NCBI GenBank assembly: GCA_965530755.1
Contig: CBESNA010000019.1
Location: 2,102-66,101 of the forward strand
DNA from: an uncultured Acidimicrobiia bacterium
GTDB taxonomy: Bacteria; Actinomycetota; Acidimicrobiia; Acidimicrobiales; SZUA-35
Direction of reading: 5' to 3'
Length of the DNA stretch: 64,000 bases
In this document: one piece after another, positions 37,111 to 47,793 of the stretch
Position numbering within the stretch: the first letter of the stretch is position 1
Layout: each line of letters opens with the position of its first letter
Translations under genes and position numbers: made by a program
Notes under the pieces: generated by a model
The model's database searches: none
What the model was told of the DNA's origin: nothing
Seen by the model: only the letters and a program-made list of their open reading frames with translations

Positions 37111-38636
37111 GTGAGGGTCACACCGATCGAGGCGAGTGCGTCGGTCATCGCGCTCGAGTTGAGAATCGCCTCGGCTTCTGCGAGTTCTGGGGCGAGAAAG
37201 CGATCGGGCCCGCTTCCGGCGACATCGTTGCGGAGCAACGCGAGGAGCGTGCCGGTTGGTTCCGCCGGAACGAGTGGCGCTCGCAGTTCGATGGCGCGTG
37301 CAGCGCAGATGTACTCGACGGCGAGGATCCGGCGGACGTTGTCGATCACCTTGCGGAGCTTGCGAACGGCGAGCCAGGCCATCGAGACGTGGTCTTCTTG
37401 CATTCCTGACGTGGGGAGCGAGTCTACCGATGCGGGTGCTGCAAGTCGTTTGTTCTCCGAAGCCATGGCAGCTGCGGTGTAGTGAGCGATCATGAGGCCA
37501 CTGTCGACACCGACTTCGTGGGCGAGGAAGGGTGGGAGGCCGTGGTTGCGAGTCTTGTCGAGCATCCGGTCCATGCGCCGTTCCGCAATGGCGCCGATCT
37601 CTGACACGGCGATGGCGAGGAAATCGGAAGCGAATCCGAGCGGTGCGCCGTGGAAGTTGCCGCACGATTCGACGCGGCCGTCGGGGAGAACCATTGGGTT
37701 GTCGATGGCCGATGCGAGTTCATGTTGTGCGACGGTTCGACAATGATCGAGGGTGTCACGGACGGCGCCGTGGACCGAGGGCGTGCAGCGAATCGAGTAG
37801 GCGTCCTGGACCCGGATGTCGTCGTCGTTGGCGTGACTGGCGACGATGGGGGAGTCGGCGAGCATCACCCTGAGGTTCGCTGCGCTGATCGCCTGGCCGG
37901 GTTGTGGCCGGAGTGCCTGGAGGTCGGCGGCGAAGGGGGCGTCGGTTGCGAGGAGAGCTTCGACGGTCATCGCAGTGATCATGTCGGCTTGGGCGAGGAG
38001 GCGTTCGGTGTCGGCGATTGCGAGACACAGCATTCCGAGGATGGCGTCGGTGCCGTTCGTGACGGCGAGGCCCTCCTTCTCGGCCAACTCGATGGGTTCG
38101 AGGCCGGCGTCGGCGAGGGCCTCGGCGGCCGGGCGCACCTGGCCGTTGTGAACAACATCACCCTCGCCGAGGAGCGCCAGAGCTCCGTGGGCGAGAGGTG
38201 CGAGGTCACCGCTGGCGCCGAGCGATCCGTATTCAGGGACGATGGGCGTGATGCCGGCATTGAGGATGTCGACCATTGCCTGGGCAACGAGCGGTCGGGC
38301 GCCGCTGTTGCCGAGCGCCAGGGTCCTTGCCCTCAACAGGACCATCGCCCGTACGACTTCTGCTTCGACCGGGTCGCCCATGCCGGCGGCGTGGGAGCGG
38401 ATGAGGGCGACCTGCAGGGCGCGTCGTCGATCTGGCGGGATCGACACCGTTGCGAGTGCGCCGAAACCTGTGGAGATGCCGTACTTGGGCTCGCCTTCAG
38501 CAAGTTCTTCAACGATCGCCCGAGCAGCGGCCATGCGGTCGATCGCTGCAGGTGTCAGTTGGACGGGTTCGGATCGACGGGCAACGGCGACGACGTCGCT
38601 GATGGTGACGCCTGGGCCGTCGAGTCGGATCGTCAT
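37107..38636 (-). CDS. hutH: Histidine ammonia-lyase
   Basis: The ATG at 38636 gives MTIRLDGPGVT. The MIO-forming motif GSLGASGDLAPL is present. Length is about 509 aa. Confidence 0.95.
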   Translation of the reverse strand: MTIRLDGPGVTISDVVAVARRSEPVQLTPAAIDRMAAARAIVEELAEGEPKYGISTGFGALATVSIPPDRRRALQVALIRSHAAGMGDPVEAEVVRAMVLLRARTLALGNSGARPLVAQAMVDILNAGITPIVPEYGSLGASGDLAPLAHGALALLGEGDVVHNGQVRPAAEALADAGLEPIELAEKEGLAVTNGTDAILGMLCLAIADTERLLAQADMITAMTVEALLATDAPFAADLQALRPQPGQAISAANLRVMLADSPIVASHANDDDIRVQDAYSIRCTPSVHGAVRDTLDHCRTVAQHELASAIDNPMVLPDGRVESCGNFHGAPLGFASDFLAIAVSEIGAIAERRMDRMLDKTRNHGLPPFLAHEVGVDSGLMIAHYTAAAMASENKRLAAPASVDSLPTSGMQEDHVSMAWLAVRKLRKVIDNVRRILAVEYICAARAIELRAPLVPAEPTGTLLALLRNDVAGSGPDRFLAPELAEAEAILNSSAMTDALASIGVTLT

Positions 38637-39340
38637 GACGTGAAGTCCTCTCCATTGGTGCGCAGTTCGCTGCTGAGGGCGTCGACCGCGGCATCGAGGG
38701 CGACCCGATGCCGAGCCCGGTCGGATTCGCCGAAGCGATGCTCGGGGCCGACGATCGAGACAGCCACGCCAAGCTTCCCGGTTTCGGTCAACGCCCGGCT
38801 CATGGCGGTGATGTCTGCTTCCACGGCTCCGGTGCGAACTGCGGCAGCACCAGGGTTGGCGAGTGCGGCGCCAAGAGCCGAGCTTTCCAGGTCGACGTCT
38901 TGACCGATCCATCCGACGTGGCGGATGGCGCGGGCGCTCTCGGCCGTGGCGATATAGGTTCCCATGCGGCCGTCGCTGACGGCGAGGTACGCCGACTCAC
39001 CGGTCTGTTCCGCGAGTGCATCGAGATGGGGCTGGGCGACGGCGGCGAGGCGGTCGAGCACGGTGCCGCCGCGCAGTGACGCCGCGATGCGCAGGATCGT
39101 AGGACCGGCCGAATAGTCGCCCGAGTCGTCACGAACGAGGTAGCCCCGGGCTTCGAGTGCCCGCAAGTAGCGCAACGCTGTCGTCAGCGTCAGCTCGGAA
39201 GCGTTGGCGGCGGTCGTCAGGTTGCAGTCGCGTTCGGCGAGCACGATCTCGAACAGGTCCAGCACTCGTGCGATGGAGCGCGGCACGCTGGCGTCGTCGG
39301 ACACCTCGGCGATGGTCGAGGTGTCGGTTTGCATCGCCAT
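38633..39340 (-). CDS. IclR family transcriptional regulator
   Basis: The ATG at 39340 is preceded by AAGGAA. An N-terminal wHTH (ARVLDLFEIV...ANASELTLTTALRYLRALEARGYL) is followed by an IclR effector domain. The stop overlaps the hutH ATG. Confidence 0.85.
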   Translation of the reverse strand: MAMQTDTSTIAEVSDDASVPRSIARVLDLFEIVLAERDCNLTTAANASELTLTTALRYLRALEARGYLVRDDSGDYSAGPTILRIAASLRGGTVLDRLAAVAQPHLDALAEQTGESAYLAVSDGRMGTYIATAESARAIRHVGWIGQDVDLESSALGAALANPGAAAVRTGAVEADITAMSRALTETGKLGVAVSIVGPEHRFGESDRARHRVALDAAVDALSSELRTNGEDFTS

Positions 39341-39350
39341 GGATTTCCTT

Positions 39351-39392
39351 TCAACTGTCACACAATGACAGTCATATGTGAACAGTTGACAG
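39351..39392. promoter_or_regulatory. AT-rich palindromic operator-like array in the divergent iclR/hutU promoter
   Basis: A perfect inverted repeat, ACTGTCA-cacaa-TGACAGT, lies at 39354-39372. A third TGACAG lies at 39387-39392. CAACTG (39352-39357) is mirrored by CAGTTG (39383-39388). Confidence 0.4.
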
Positions 39393-39410
39393 CGTAGAGA
39401 ACGGGGGCCC

Positions 39411-41141
39411 ATGATGCAAGACATGAGTTCATCTGCGTCATCCTCCTTCGGTCCGATCGGAACGCCTGTCAGAAACATCGCTGCGCCCCGTGGCACCAAG
39501 CTGAGCTGCAAAGGCTGGCCCCAGGAAGCCGCATACCGGATGTTGCAGAACAACCTCGACCCCGAGGTCGCCGAGAACCCAGATGAACTCGTCGTGTACG
39601 GCGGCACTGGCCGTGCCGCTCGAAACTGGGATGCGTATCGGGCGATGCTGCGCACGCTGGAGACTCTCGGTCGCGACGAGACGATGCTGGTGCAGTCCGG
39701 CAAGCCGGTCGGCGTGATGCGCACCCACGAATGGGCACCCCGAGTCATCCTCGCCAACTCGAACCTCGTACCCGACTGGGCAAACTGGGACGAGTTCCGT
39801 CGGCTCGAGCATCAAGGCCTCACCATGTACGGCCAGATGACGGCTGGCTCGTGGATCTACATCGGTACCCAGGGCATCCTCCAGGGAACCTACGAATGCT
39901 TCGCCGAGATCGCACGCAAACGGTTCGGAGGCACCCTGGCCGGAACCCTCACCATCACCGCCGGCGCCGGCGGCATGGGTGGAGCGCAGCCCCTGGCGGT
40001 CACCATGAACGAAGGTGTCGTCCTCTTGGTCGATGTCGACCAGCACATGCTCGATCGCCGAGTTGCGCACCGGTACCTCGATGAGGTCGCACCAGATTAC
40101 GCCGCCGCCGTTGCTCGGGTGATCGAAGCCAAGCGAACAAGAACTCCCCTGTCCGTTGGCCTGCTCGGCAACGCGGCCGACGTCGTGCCTCGGCTGCTGG
40201 CAGACGGCATCGATGCCGACATCGTCACCGATCAGACCAGCGCCCACGACCCCCTCAGCTATATCCCCAACGATCTCTCGTCAGAAGCCGCAGCAGAACT
40301 CAAGAGGACCGACCCGACCGAGTTTACCCGCCGCTCCAGAGGAGCCATGGCTGCCCATTGTCAGGCGATGGTCGGGTTCATGGACGCCGGCGCCGAGGTG
40401 TTCGACTACGGCAACAGCCTGCGGGCCGAAGCCAAACTCGGTGGATTCGATCGAGCTTTCGACTACCCCGGCTTTCTCCCCGCCTACATCCGCCCACTCT
40501 TCTGCGAAGGTGTTGGCCCCTTTCGCTGGGTCGCTCTCTCCGGAGACCCAGCCGACATCGCCGCCACCGATCGCGCTGCGCTCGAGATGTTCCCCGACAA
40601 GGAAGGTCTCGCCAAGTGGATCCGCCTCGCCGGTGAACGTGTGGCCTTCCAAGGCCTGCCTGCACGCATCTGCTGGCTCGGGTACGGCGAACGCCATCTT
40701 CTCGGTCTGCGTTTCAACGAGATGGTCAAGTCAGGCGAACTCAAGGCTCCAATCGTCATAGGACGTGATCACCTCGATTCCGGGTCGGTGGCGTCGCCCT
40801 ATCGCGAGACCGAAGCGATGATCGACGGCTCCGACGCGATTGCCGATTGGCCCTTGCTCAACGGTCTCGTCAACACCTGCTCTGGTGCGACATGGGTGAG
40901 CATTCATCACGGCGGGGGTGTTGGCATCGGCCGCTCGATCCACGCCGGGCAGGTGAGCCTCGCCGACGGCACGGACCTTGCGGCCGAAAAGCTCGAACGA
41001 GTGCTCACCAACGATCCTGCGATGGGTGTGATCCGCCACGCCGATGCCGGCTACGACCGCGCCGTCGAGGTCGCCGACGAGCGGGGCGTCACGATTCCGA
41101 TGCGCCGTGGTGAGATCGAGCCGGGCGGAGCTCAGTCATGA
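39411..41141 (+). CDS. hutU: Urocanate hydratase
   Basis: 576 aa with typical urocanase blocks ([55 protein letters not shown]). Confidence 0.95.
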   Translation: MMQDMSSSASSSFGPIGTPVRNIAAPRGTKLSCKGWPQEAAYRMLQNNLDPEVAENPDELVVYGGTGRAARNWDAYRAMLRTLETLGRDETMLVQSGKPVGVMRTHEWAPRVILANSNLVPDWANWDEFRRLEHQGLTMYGQMTAGSWIYIGTQGILQGTYECFAEIARKRFGGTLAGTLTITAGAGGMGGAQPLAVTMNEGVVLLVDVDQHMLDRRVAHRYLDEVAPDYAAAVARVIEAKRTRTPLSVGLLGNAADVVPRLLADGIDADIVTDQTSAHDPLSYIPNDLSSEAAAELKRTDPTEFTRRSRGAMAAHCQAMVGFMDAGAEVFDYGNSLRAEAKLGGFDRAFDYPGFLPAYIRPLFCEGVGPFRWVALSGDPADIAATDRAALEMFPDKEGLAKWIRLAGERVAFQGLPARICWLGYGERHLLGLRFNEMVKSGELKAPIVIGRDHLDSGSVASPYRETEAMIDGSDAIADWPLLNGLVNTCSGATWVSIHHGGGVGIGRSIHAGQVSLADGTDLAAEKLERVLTNDPAMGVIRHADAGYDRAVEVADERGVTIPMRRGEIEPGGAQS

Positions 41142-41971
41142 GTGCGTGGACGATCGAGGGTGACTACATCGCTGACGGAGCTGTATGTGTCCGTCAAGCG
41201 TTCACGAGCGAACATGTTTCTCTGGCGCGGCAGGCAATCGACGAGAATCTTGCCGATCTCTCGCCGCGTGCCAAGCGGGCCAGTGCGGAGGGGGACGGTG
41301 CGTTCATCGAGGACTTCTGCAACTGGTCGCGGCTTCCGGGGATGGAACGATTCATCCGTGAGTCGCCCGGTGCCGAGATCGCAGCTCAGCTCACCGACTC
41401 CGACACCATTCGGCTCTATCACGATCATGTGCTGGTCAAGGAGCCCGGCACGAAGCAGCGCACTCCGTGGCACCAGGATCAGCCGTACTACAACGTCGAG
41501 GGTGTACGAAACGCCAGTATGTGGTTTCCCGTCGATCCAGTCGCTCGTTCGGCGACACTCGAATTCATCGCCGGCAGCCATCGGGGCCCCTGGTACATGC
41601 CACGAACATTCCTCGACGATCAGGCCAAGTGGTTCCCCGACGGCAGCCTGGTCGAACTTCCCGACTTCGCCGCCGACAACGCCAAGGACCCCGGCCGATG
41701 GCGGGTACTGGGCTGGGTACTCGAACCGGGAGACGCCGTGTTCTTCAACATGCTCACCGTTCACGGGTCGGGCGGTGTCTCGGGCCCCAACAGGCGACGC
41801 GTCCTGTCGGTGCGCTACCTCGGTGACGACATGGTGCACGCGCCACGTCGTTGGACGACCTCGCCGCCATTCGACGGGCTCGACTCGCAGATCCCAGATG
41901 GAGCACCGATGGATCATCCGCTGTTCCCGGCGCTGTGGACCCGACCAGGCGAACAGGTTGGGACTCGATGA
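41138..41971 (+). CDS. Phytanoyl-CoA dioxygenase (PhyH) family Fe(II)/2-oxoglutarate oxygenase
   Basis: WHQDQPYY (HxD) and a later TVHGS His are present. It overlaps both neighbours by ATGA. Confidence 0.7.
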   Translation: MSAWTIEGDYIADGAVCVRQAFTSEHVSLARQAIDENLADLSPRAKRASAEGDGAFIEDFCNWSRLPGMERFIRESPGAEIAAQLTDSDTIRLYHDHVLVKEPGTKQRTPWHQDQPYYNVEGVRNASMWFPVDPVARSATLEFIAGSHRGPWYMPRTFLDDQAKWFPDGSLVELPDFAADNAKDPGRWRVLGWVLEPGDAVFFNMLTVHGSGGVSGPNRRRVLSVRYLGDDMVHAPRRWTTSPPFDGLDSQIPDGAPMDHPLFPALWTRPGEQVGTR

Positions 41972-42540
41972 CCGTGCGCGAGGTGCTGTCGATTGGGCAC
42001 CCGACGTTGCGCGTCGTGGCCGACGAGGTTCCAGTTGGAGAGATTGCCACTGACAAGGTTCAGCAGCTGATCGATGACCTGATCGAGACCATGCGATGCG
42101 CCAATGGTGCGGGCCTCGCTGCGACGCAGGTCGACGAACGGTTTCGGATTGCCGTGATGGAGGTTGGTGACAATCCCCGCTATCCGTACAAGCCGCGCAT
42201 CCCGCTGACGGTCGCGATCAACCCGATCATCGAGCCCATCGATGACGAGTTGGTCGAGATCAACGAGGGCTGCCTCTCGGTTCCGTTGCGCGGCAACGTC
42301 GACCGCCATGTCAACATCCGCGTTCGGTATCTCGACCGGCACGGTGTCGAGCACGACGAGATCAAACGAGGTCTCACCGCCGGAACCTGGCAGCACGAAT
42401 GTGACCATCTCGACGGCGTACTGTTCATCGACAAGGTGACCGATCCGACGACGCTCGCCACTTGGAACGAGTTCAACGAATTCCACCGTGACGCTTTCGT
42501 CGATCGGATCACCGCATTCGTGGAGCGAGTGGGTTCGTGA
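41968..42540 (+). CDS. def: Peptide deformylase family metalloenzyme
   Basis: All three PDF motifs are present: GAGLAATQV, EGCLSVP and QHECDHLDG. Confidence 0.9.
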   Translation: MTVREVLSIGHPTLRVVADEVPVGEIATDKVQQLIDDLIETMRCANGAGLAATQVDERFRIAVMEVGDNPRYPYKPRIPLTVAINPIIEPIDDELVEINEGCLSVPLRGNVDRHVNIRVRYLDRHGVEHDEIKRGLTAGTWQHECDHLDGVLFIDKVTDPTTLATWNEFNEFHRDAFVDRITAFVERVGS

Positions 42541-43883
42541 CCCAGGTCTGGTGTGAGCTCGCGCTGGTCGGCGGCCGACCGCAGGCGTCGGTCCTCATCG
42601 AAATCCTCGACGGCAGGCTCGCGTCGATCGAGGTAGGTGTCGACTCTGCGCCGAGCGAAGCTACCCGACTCATGGGCTTCACTGTTCCCGGTCTTGCGAA
42701 TGCGCACAGCCATGCGTTCCACCGGGCTTTGCGTTCTCGCACCCAGGCGGACCGAGGAACCTTCTGGACCTGGCGCGACCTGATGTATCGCGCTGCGGCA
42801 CGGCTCGAACCGGACAGCTATCACCGCCTTGCTCGCGCCGCGTTCGCCGAAATGGCACTGGCTGGGGTCACCTGTGTGGGCGAGTTCCACTACCTCCACC
42901 ACCAGCTCGATGGCACGCCGTATCGCGATCCGAACGCGATGGGCGAGGCGTTGCTCGCCGCAGCTGCCGAGGCCGGCGTCCGCATCACGCTCCTCGATAC
43001 CCTGTACCTCCACGGCGGCCTCGGCTCAGCGGGATACGACGCTCCGGCCGGTGCCCAGCGCCGCTTCAGCGATGGGTCCGCCGACGCCTGGATCGATCGG
43101 GTCGAACGGTTACGACCGACCGCCACGCAGCGGGTCGCAGCCGCCATTCACTCGGTGCGCGCCGTTGACCCCCAATCGATGTCCCACGTCGCGGAATGGG
43201 CGACCAGCGCCGCCGCTCCGGTTCATGCCCACGTGTCCGAACAGCTCGGTGAGAACGAAGCATGCCTGGCCCACCACGGCATGACGCCAGTCGGCGTGCT
43301 TGCAGAAGCCGGCGTGCTCGGATCGAGCTTCTCGGCCGTGCACGCCACTCATGTCGACAATGTCGACACAGATCGACTCGCCACGGCAGGCTCGACCATC
43401 GTCATGTGCCCCACCACCGAACGAGACCTCGGCGACGGGATCGGTCCAACGAGCAGCTTCGCCGCGTCGGGGATCGCGATGGCGCTCGGCTCGGATTCCC
43501 ACGCAGTCATCGACCTGTTCGAGGAGGCCAGAGCGCTCGAACTCGACGAACGACTCCGCCGACGCGAGCGTGGGGTCCACTCAGCGACAGACCTCGTCGC
43601 GATGGCGTCGGTGAATGGACACCGCAGTCTCGGCTGGAACGACGCCGGAGCGATCGAGGTGGGGAATCGAGCTGATCTCGTCACGGTGGCGCTCGACTCC
43701 GCCCGCGTCGCCGGAGTTCCGCCAGCGCTCGCCGTCGAGGGGACCGTGTTCGCGGCAACGACCAGCGACATCAGCGACGTTCACATCGACGGCCAGCACA
43801 TTGTGTCCGAGCACTGCCATGGTTCGATCGACGTCGCATCGGAACTGGCAGCCTCGATCAAGGAGCTGATGGACGATGACTGA
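42537..43883 (+). CDS. hutF: Formimidoylglutamate deiminase
   Basis: An amidohydrolase-fold protein with [14 protein letters not shown] near the N-terminus. It sits between def and hutI. The start is a GTGA overlap. Confidence 0.8.
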   Translation: MTQVWCELALVGGRPQASVLIEILDGRLASIEVGVDSAPSEATRLMGFTVPGLANAHSHAFHRALRSRTQADRGTFWTWRDLMYRAAARLEPDSYHRLARAAFAEMALAGVTCVGEFHYLHHQLDGTPYRDPNAMGEALLAAAAEAGVRITLLDTLYLHGGLGSAGYDAPAGAQRRFSDGSADAWIDRVERLRPTATQRVAAAIHSVRAVDPQSMSHVAEWATSAAAPVHAHVSEQLGENEACLAHHGMTPVGVLAEAGVLGSSFSAVHATHVDNVDTDRLATAGSTIVMCPTTERDLGDGIGPTSSFAASGIAMALGSDSHAVIDLFEEARALELDERLRRRERGVHSATDLVAMASVNGHRSLGWNDAGAIEVGNRADLVTVALDSARVAGVPPALAVEGTVFAATTSDISDVHIDGQHIVSEHCHGSIDVASELAASIKELMDDD

Positions 43884-45066
43884 TGCCACCAAGAACCAGT
43901 CGCTGGTGATCGACAACATCGGTTCCCTGATCACGAACGACCCGGCCCTTGGCCGCGGTCCCCTCGGCATCATGGAGAATGCCAGCGTCGTGATCGTCAA
44001 CGACCTCGTCGAGCACGTCGGCCCGGCCGGTGCGCAAGGCGACCGTCGCATCGATGCAGAGGGAGCCTGCGTCCTGCCAGGATTTGTCGACTCGCACACT
44101 CACCTCGTCTTCGCGGGGGACCGCGCCGAGGAGTTCACCGCCCGGATGGCCGGTCGGCCGTATGACGGCGGCGGCATCAGGGTCACCACAGACGCAACGC
44201 GCAACACACCGACCGAACGACTCGATGCGCTGGTGCGTCAGCGGCTCGCCGAGGCGCATTGTGCTGGAACCACGACCATCGAGATCAAGTCCGGATACGG
44301 GCTCAACGTCGCCGATGAGGTCCGTTCGGTCGAGATCGCACGAGCCCACACGACCGAGTCGACGTTCCTCGGGGCCCATCTGCTTCCTGCCGAGTTTGCG
44401 GGCCGGGCCGACGACTACATCCATCTCGTCTGCAACGAGATGCTCGACGCGACGGCACCCCATGCGAAGTGGATCGACGCGTTCTGCGAGACCGGAGCGT
44501 TCGACGTCGACCAATCTCGCGCCGTGCTCGAAGCCGGACGCGCCGCCGGCCTCGGGCTTCGTCTTCACGGCAATCAGCTCGGCCACGGCCCAGGGGTGCA
44601 ACTCGCCGTCGAATGCGGCTGCGCCTCGGTCGACCATTGCACCTACCTCGGCGACGACGACATCGCCGCACTCGCGGGCAGTGACACCGTCGCGACATTC
44701 CTACCCGCCGCGGACTTCTCGACCCGCCAGCCCTACGCCGACGCCCGCCGCGTGATCGACGCGGGCGCCACCGTCGCGCTCGCCTCCAACTGCAACCCCG
44801 GCTCGAGCTACACCACGTCGATCTCGTTCTGCATCGCTCTCGCCGTTCGCGACATGAACATGACCATCGACGAAGCGATTCAAGCCGTCACTCTCGGCGG
44901 CGCAGCGGCCCTGCGACGTACCGACGTGGGGCGCCTCACACCGGGTTGCGCCGGACACGCCGTCGTCCTCGACGCACCGACGCATCACCACCTTGCCTAT
45001 CGACCCGGTGTCCCGTTGATCCGCCAGACCATCGGCCCGCTCGCCGGACCCCTCCCGAACCCCTGA
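43876..45066 (+). CDS. hutI: Imidazolonepropionase
   Basis: 396 aa with the [16 protein letters not shown] metal site and typical HutI blocks ([13 protein letters not shown]). Confidence 0.9.
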   Translation: MTDATKNQSLVIDNIGSLITNDPALGRGPLGIMENASVVIVNDLVEHVGPAGAQGDRRIDAEGACVLPGFVDSHTHLVFAGDRAEEFTARMAGRPYDGGGIRVTTDATRNTPTERLDALVRQRLAEAHCAGTTTIEIKSGYGLNVADEVRSVEIARAHTTESTFLGAHLLPAEFAGRADDYIHLVCNEMLDATAPHAKWIDAFCETGAFDVDQSRAVLEAGRAAGLGLRLHGNQLGHGPGVQLAVECGCASVDHCTYLGDDDIAALAGSDTVATFLPAADFSTRQPYADARRVIDAGATVALASNCNPGSSYTTSISFCIALAVRDMNMTIDEAIQAVTLGGAAALRRTDVGRLTPGCAGHAVVLDAPTHHHLAYRPGVPLIRQTIGPLAGPLPNP

Positions 45067-45103
45067 CTCAGGTACGTCAGACCAACCGACAAGGAGCAGG
45101 CAC

Positions 45104-45880
45104 ATGACAACGAAGCACCTCGACACGGTCCAGCACCCGATCACCGACGACGCATACATCGCTGCGTGTCGAGATGATCTCGACCGCAACGGCGCACTCG
45201 TGCTCCGGGGTTTTGCGAAGGCAGATGCGATCGACCGGATCGTTGCCCAGTCAGCACCGCACGAAGCCGATGCCTACTACACCGACAAGACCCACAACGT
45301 CTATCTGATGCCGATCGATCCGGAGTTCGCTGACCGCCACCCCCGCAACCGGCAGGTCGAGAGCAGCAAGGGCCTCATCGCGAACGACGAGATCGCTGAG
45401 AACTCGCCCCTCCGGGAGATCTACGAAGGCGCATCCTTCCGGTCGTTCCTGTGCGGCGTCCTAGGAATCAACGAGATCCATCCATACGCCGACAACCTGG
45501 CCTCGATCAACGTCCACTACGCAGCAGAAGGCATGGAGCTCGGCTGGCACTTCGACAACTCGTCGTTCGCCGTCACCATGCTGCTGCAGGCCGCGGAAGG
45601 CGGTGCGTACTTCGAGTACGTGCCGGCAGTTCGCGATGCCGATGCCGGCGACATGGCATTCGAACGCGTGGACACCATCCTCAACGGGGGCGAAACGATC
45701 CAGACGCTCGAGTTCGAACCGGGCGACCTCGTGCTCTTTCGTGGGCGAAACGCCATCCATAGGGTCACTCCAACCGAGGGCGGCACGACCCGCTTGCTCG
45801 TTGTGTTCGCCTACAACGATCAACCCGGCGTCGGTCTCTCCGAGTCGGCCCTCACGACGTTCTATGGCCGCACGGCATGA
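45104..45880 (+). CDS. Fe(II)/2-oxoglutarate-dependent oxygenase family protein
   Basis: AAGGAG SD. An HxD facial-triad candidate (WHFDN) and a distal AIHRV are present. Specificity is unknown. Confidence 0.6.
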   Translation: MTTKHLDTVQHPITDDAYIAACRDDLDRNGALVLRGFAKADAIDRIVAQSAPHEADAYYTDKTHNVYLMPIDPEFADRHPRNRQVESSKGLIANDEIAENSPLREIYEGASFRSFLCGVLGINEIHPYADNLASINVHYAAEGMELGWHFDNSSFAVTMLLQAAEGGAYFEYVPAVRDADAGDMAFERVDTILNGGETIQTLEFEPGDLVLFRGRNAIHRVTPTEGGTTRLLVVFAYNDQPGVGLSESALTTFYGRTA

Positions 45881-46075
45881 AGCGAAGGGCGACCAACAAG
45901 TGGGCCCGGCACTGCTGAAACAGCCCGGACCCTGATCCTCAACCGAAAGGGGTTGACGATGAGCAGTAACAATAGGGCAGCTTCGGCGAGTCGCAACCGG
46001 CTGGTCCTGGCCGTCGAACGCTGAAGCATCGTCCTGGCGACGTGGCGATTCAGCGAATCGGGGTTGCGTCGCGAC

Positions 46076-47728
46076 TCACAAGGTGATCTCCCGGTAGTCG
46101 GGATGCCATGCCGTTTCGTCGATGCGCTCGGCCAGTTCGAGGTCGGTCAGGGGTTCCGCCAGGCCTTCGTCGATTGCAGCTCGTGCAACCGCGATCGCAA
46201 CCTCGCGGGCGACATTGCGGCTCTCGGTGATCGGAGGGAGCAGGCCGCCGTCGCTGTTTCGAGCCGCGAGGTCCCCGATGGTGGTGGCCGCCGCAGTGAA
46301 CATCGCGTCGGAGACCGCTCTGGCGTTCGTGGCGACCACGCCGAGACCGACACCGGGGAAGACATGAACGTTGTTGACTTGAGCGATCGGGATCGATCGG
46401 CCGTGCACAGTGACAGGGTCGAACGGGCTTCCCGTCCCGACGAGCGCCTTACCGCCGGTCCATTCGAGGACGTCGGATGGAATGGCTTCTGCTCTCGGGG
46501 TCGGGTTGGAAAGTGGGAGCACAATCGGACGTTCAACTCCTGCTGCTTGCGAACGGACGACGGACTCGGTGAAGATCCCGGGCTGTCCGGTCACACCGAC
46601 CAGGGCGTGCGGAGCGACCCGTTCGACGACGTCGAGCAGCTCGATCGATCCGTCGCCGTCATCGTCCCAGTCGGCCACGTCGTGCCAAGAACGCGCGTAT
46701 GGCTGCTGGAACGGTAGGAGGCCATCCATTCCATCGTGAAGGAGACCGTCTCGATCGACGAGCCAGCAACGCTCCACGGCGTCGTCGTGGGCGAGGCCGC
46801 CGGCCACCATCGCACGCACCGCTTGACTTGCGATTCCGCTGCCGGCCGAACCGGCGCCCACGATGACGAGACGCAGTTCCGTGATTGGCACATCTGCGGT
46901 CACGAGTCCGGCGACGATCGCTGCAACCGTGACGGCAGCGGTGCCCTGGATGTCATCGTTGAACGAACAGATGTGATCGCGATGACGGGCCAGCAATCGA
47001 TTCGCGTTCAGCTGAGCGAAGTCCTCCCACTGCAGCAGCACGTTGGGGAATCGTCGGTGGAGTGCGGCGACGAATGCGTCGACGAGTTCGTCGTACTCGT
47101 CGCCGCGGACTCGTGCGTGTCGCCATCCGAGGTAGAGCGGATCGGACAGGAGCGCCTCGTTGTTCGTCCCGGCATCGAGGAACACCGGAAGCGTGCGCGA
47201 CGGATCCAGACCCCCGGCGGCCGTGTACAGCGCGAGCTTCCCGACGGGGATACCCATTCCGCCGATCCCGAGATCTCCAAGGCCAAGGACCCGCTCGCCA
47301 TCGGTGACGACCACCACGTCGACCTCTCGATCGCCAACCGCGTTGGCCAGCAGTTCATCGACGCGATCGCGTTGGGGCCACGAAAGAAACAGTCCGCGCT
47401 CCCGACGGTAGATGCGAGACCACTGCTCGCAAGCCACGCCGACGGTCGGCGTGTAAACGATCGGCAACAAACCGTCGAGGTTCTGGGCGAGAAAGGCATA
47501 GAACAGCACCGAGTTCCGGTCCTGCAATGCGCGGAGGAACACGTGACGTTCGAGATCGGTGTCCTTCGCGTCGTATTCGAAGGACACCCGCTCGAGTTGC
47601 GTCGCAAGGTTTTCGATCACCGGCGGCAGTAGCCCGTCGAGTCCGAATTGTCGACGCTCCGCCTCCGTGAACGCTGTTCCCTTGTTCACATATCGATCGG
47701 CGAGCAACGAACGACCAGAGATCATCAT
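46076..47728 (-). CDS. NAD(P)-dependent malic enzyme
   Basis: 550 aa with typical blocks (YTPTVG, FNDDIQGTAAV, GAGSAG). Confidence 0.9.
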   Translation of the reverse strand: MMISGRSLLADRYVNKGTAFTEAERRQFGLDGLLPPVIENLATQLERVSFEYDAKDTDLERHVFLRALQDRNSVLFYAFLAQNLDGLLPIVYTPTVGVACEQWSRIYRRERGLFLSWPQRDRVDELLANAVGDREVDVVVVTDGERVLGLGDLGIGGMGIPVGKLALYTAAGGLDPSRTLPVFLDAGTNNEALLSDPLYLGWRHARVRGDEYDELVDAFVAALHRRFPNVLLQWEDFAQLNANRLLARHRDHICSFNDDIQGTAAVTVAAIVAGLVTADVPITELRLVIVGAGSAGSGIASQAVRAMVAGGLAHDDAVERCWLVDRDGLLHDGMDGLLPFQQPYARSWHDVADWDDDGDGSIELLDVVERVAPHALVGVTGQPGIFTESVVRSQAAGVERPIVLPLSNPTPRAEAIPSDVLEWTGGKALVGTGSPFDPVTVHGRSIPIAQVNNVHVFPGVGLGVVATNARAVSDAMFTAAATTIGDLAARNSDGGLLPPITESRNVAREVAIAVARAAIDEGLAEPLTDLELAERIDETAWHPDYREITL

Positions 47729-47793
47729 GGTCGAACCGTACCGAAGACGAACGATGCCACGCAGCGTCGCTCATCCCTCAAACGGCTGCAGCG

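Noticed and set aside
37111-37665. Upstream extension of the patatin ORF, and the analogous extensions of the hutH (38637-38912), IclR (39341-39757), GT4 (59845-59991), Zn-ribbon (60060-60650) and debranching-enzyme (62260-62991) ORFs
   Set aside because: All are Arg/Pro-rich low-complexity translations that overlap the upstream gene. In each case an internal start coincides with an ATGA/GTGA junction or an SD, and with the start of recognisable homology.
45959-46024. A 21-aa ORF (MSSNNRAASASRNRLVLAVER) in the AT-richer spacer between the 2OG oxygenase and malic enzyme genes
   Set aside because: Its codon usage is atypical for the genome (AGT, AAT, AGG). It has no partner gene and no motif, so it is most likely non-coding spacer.
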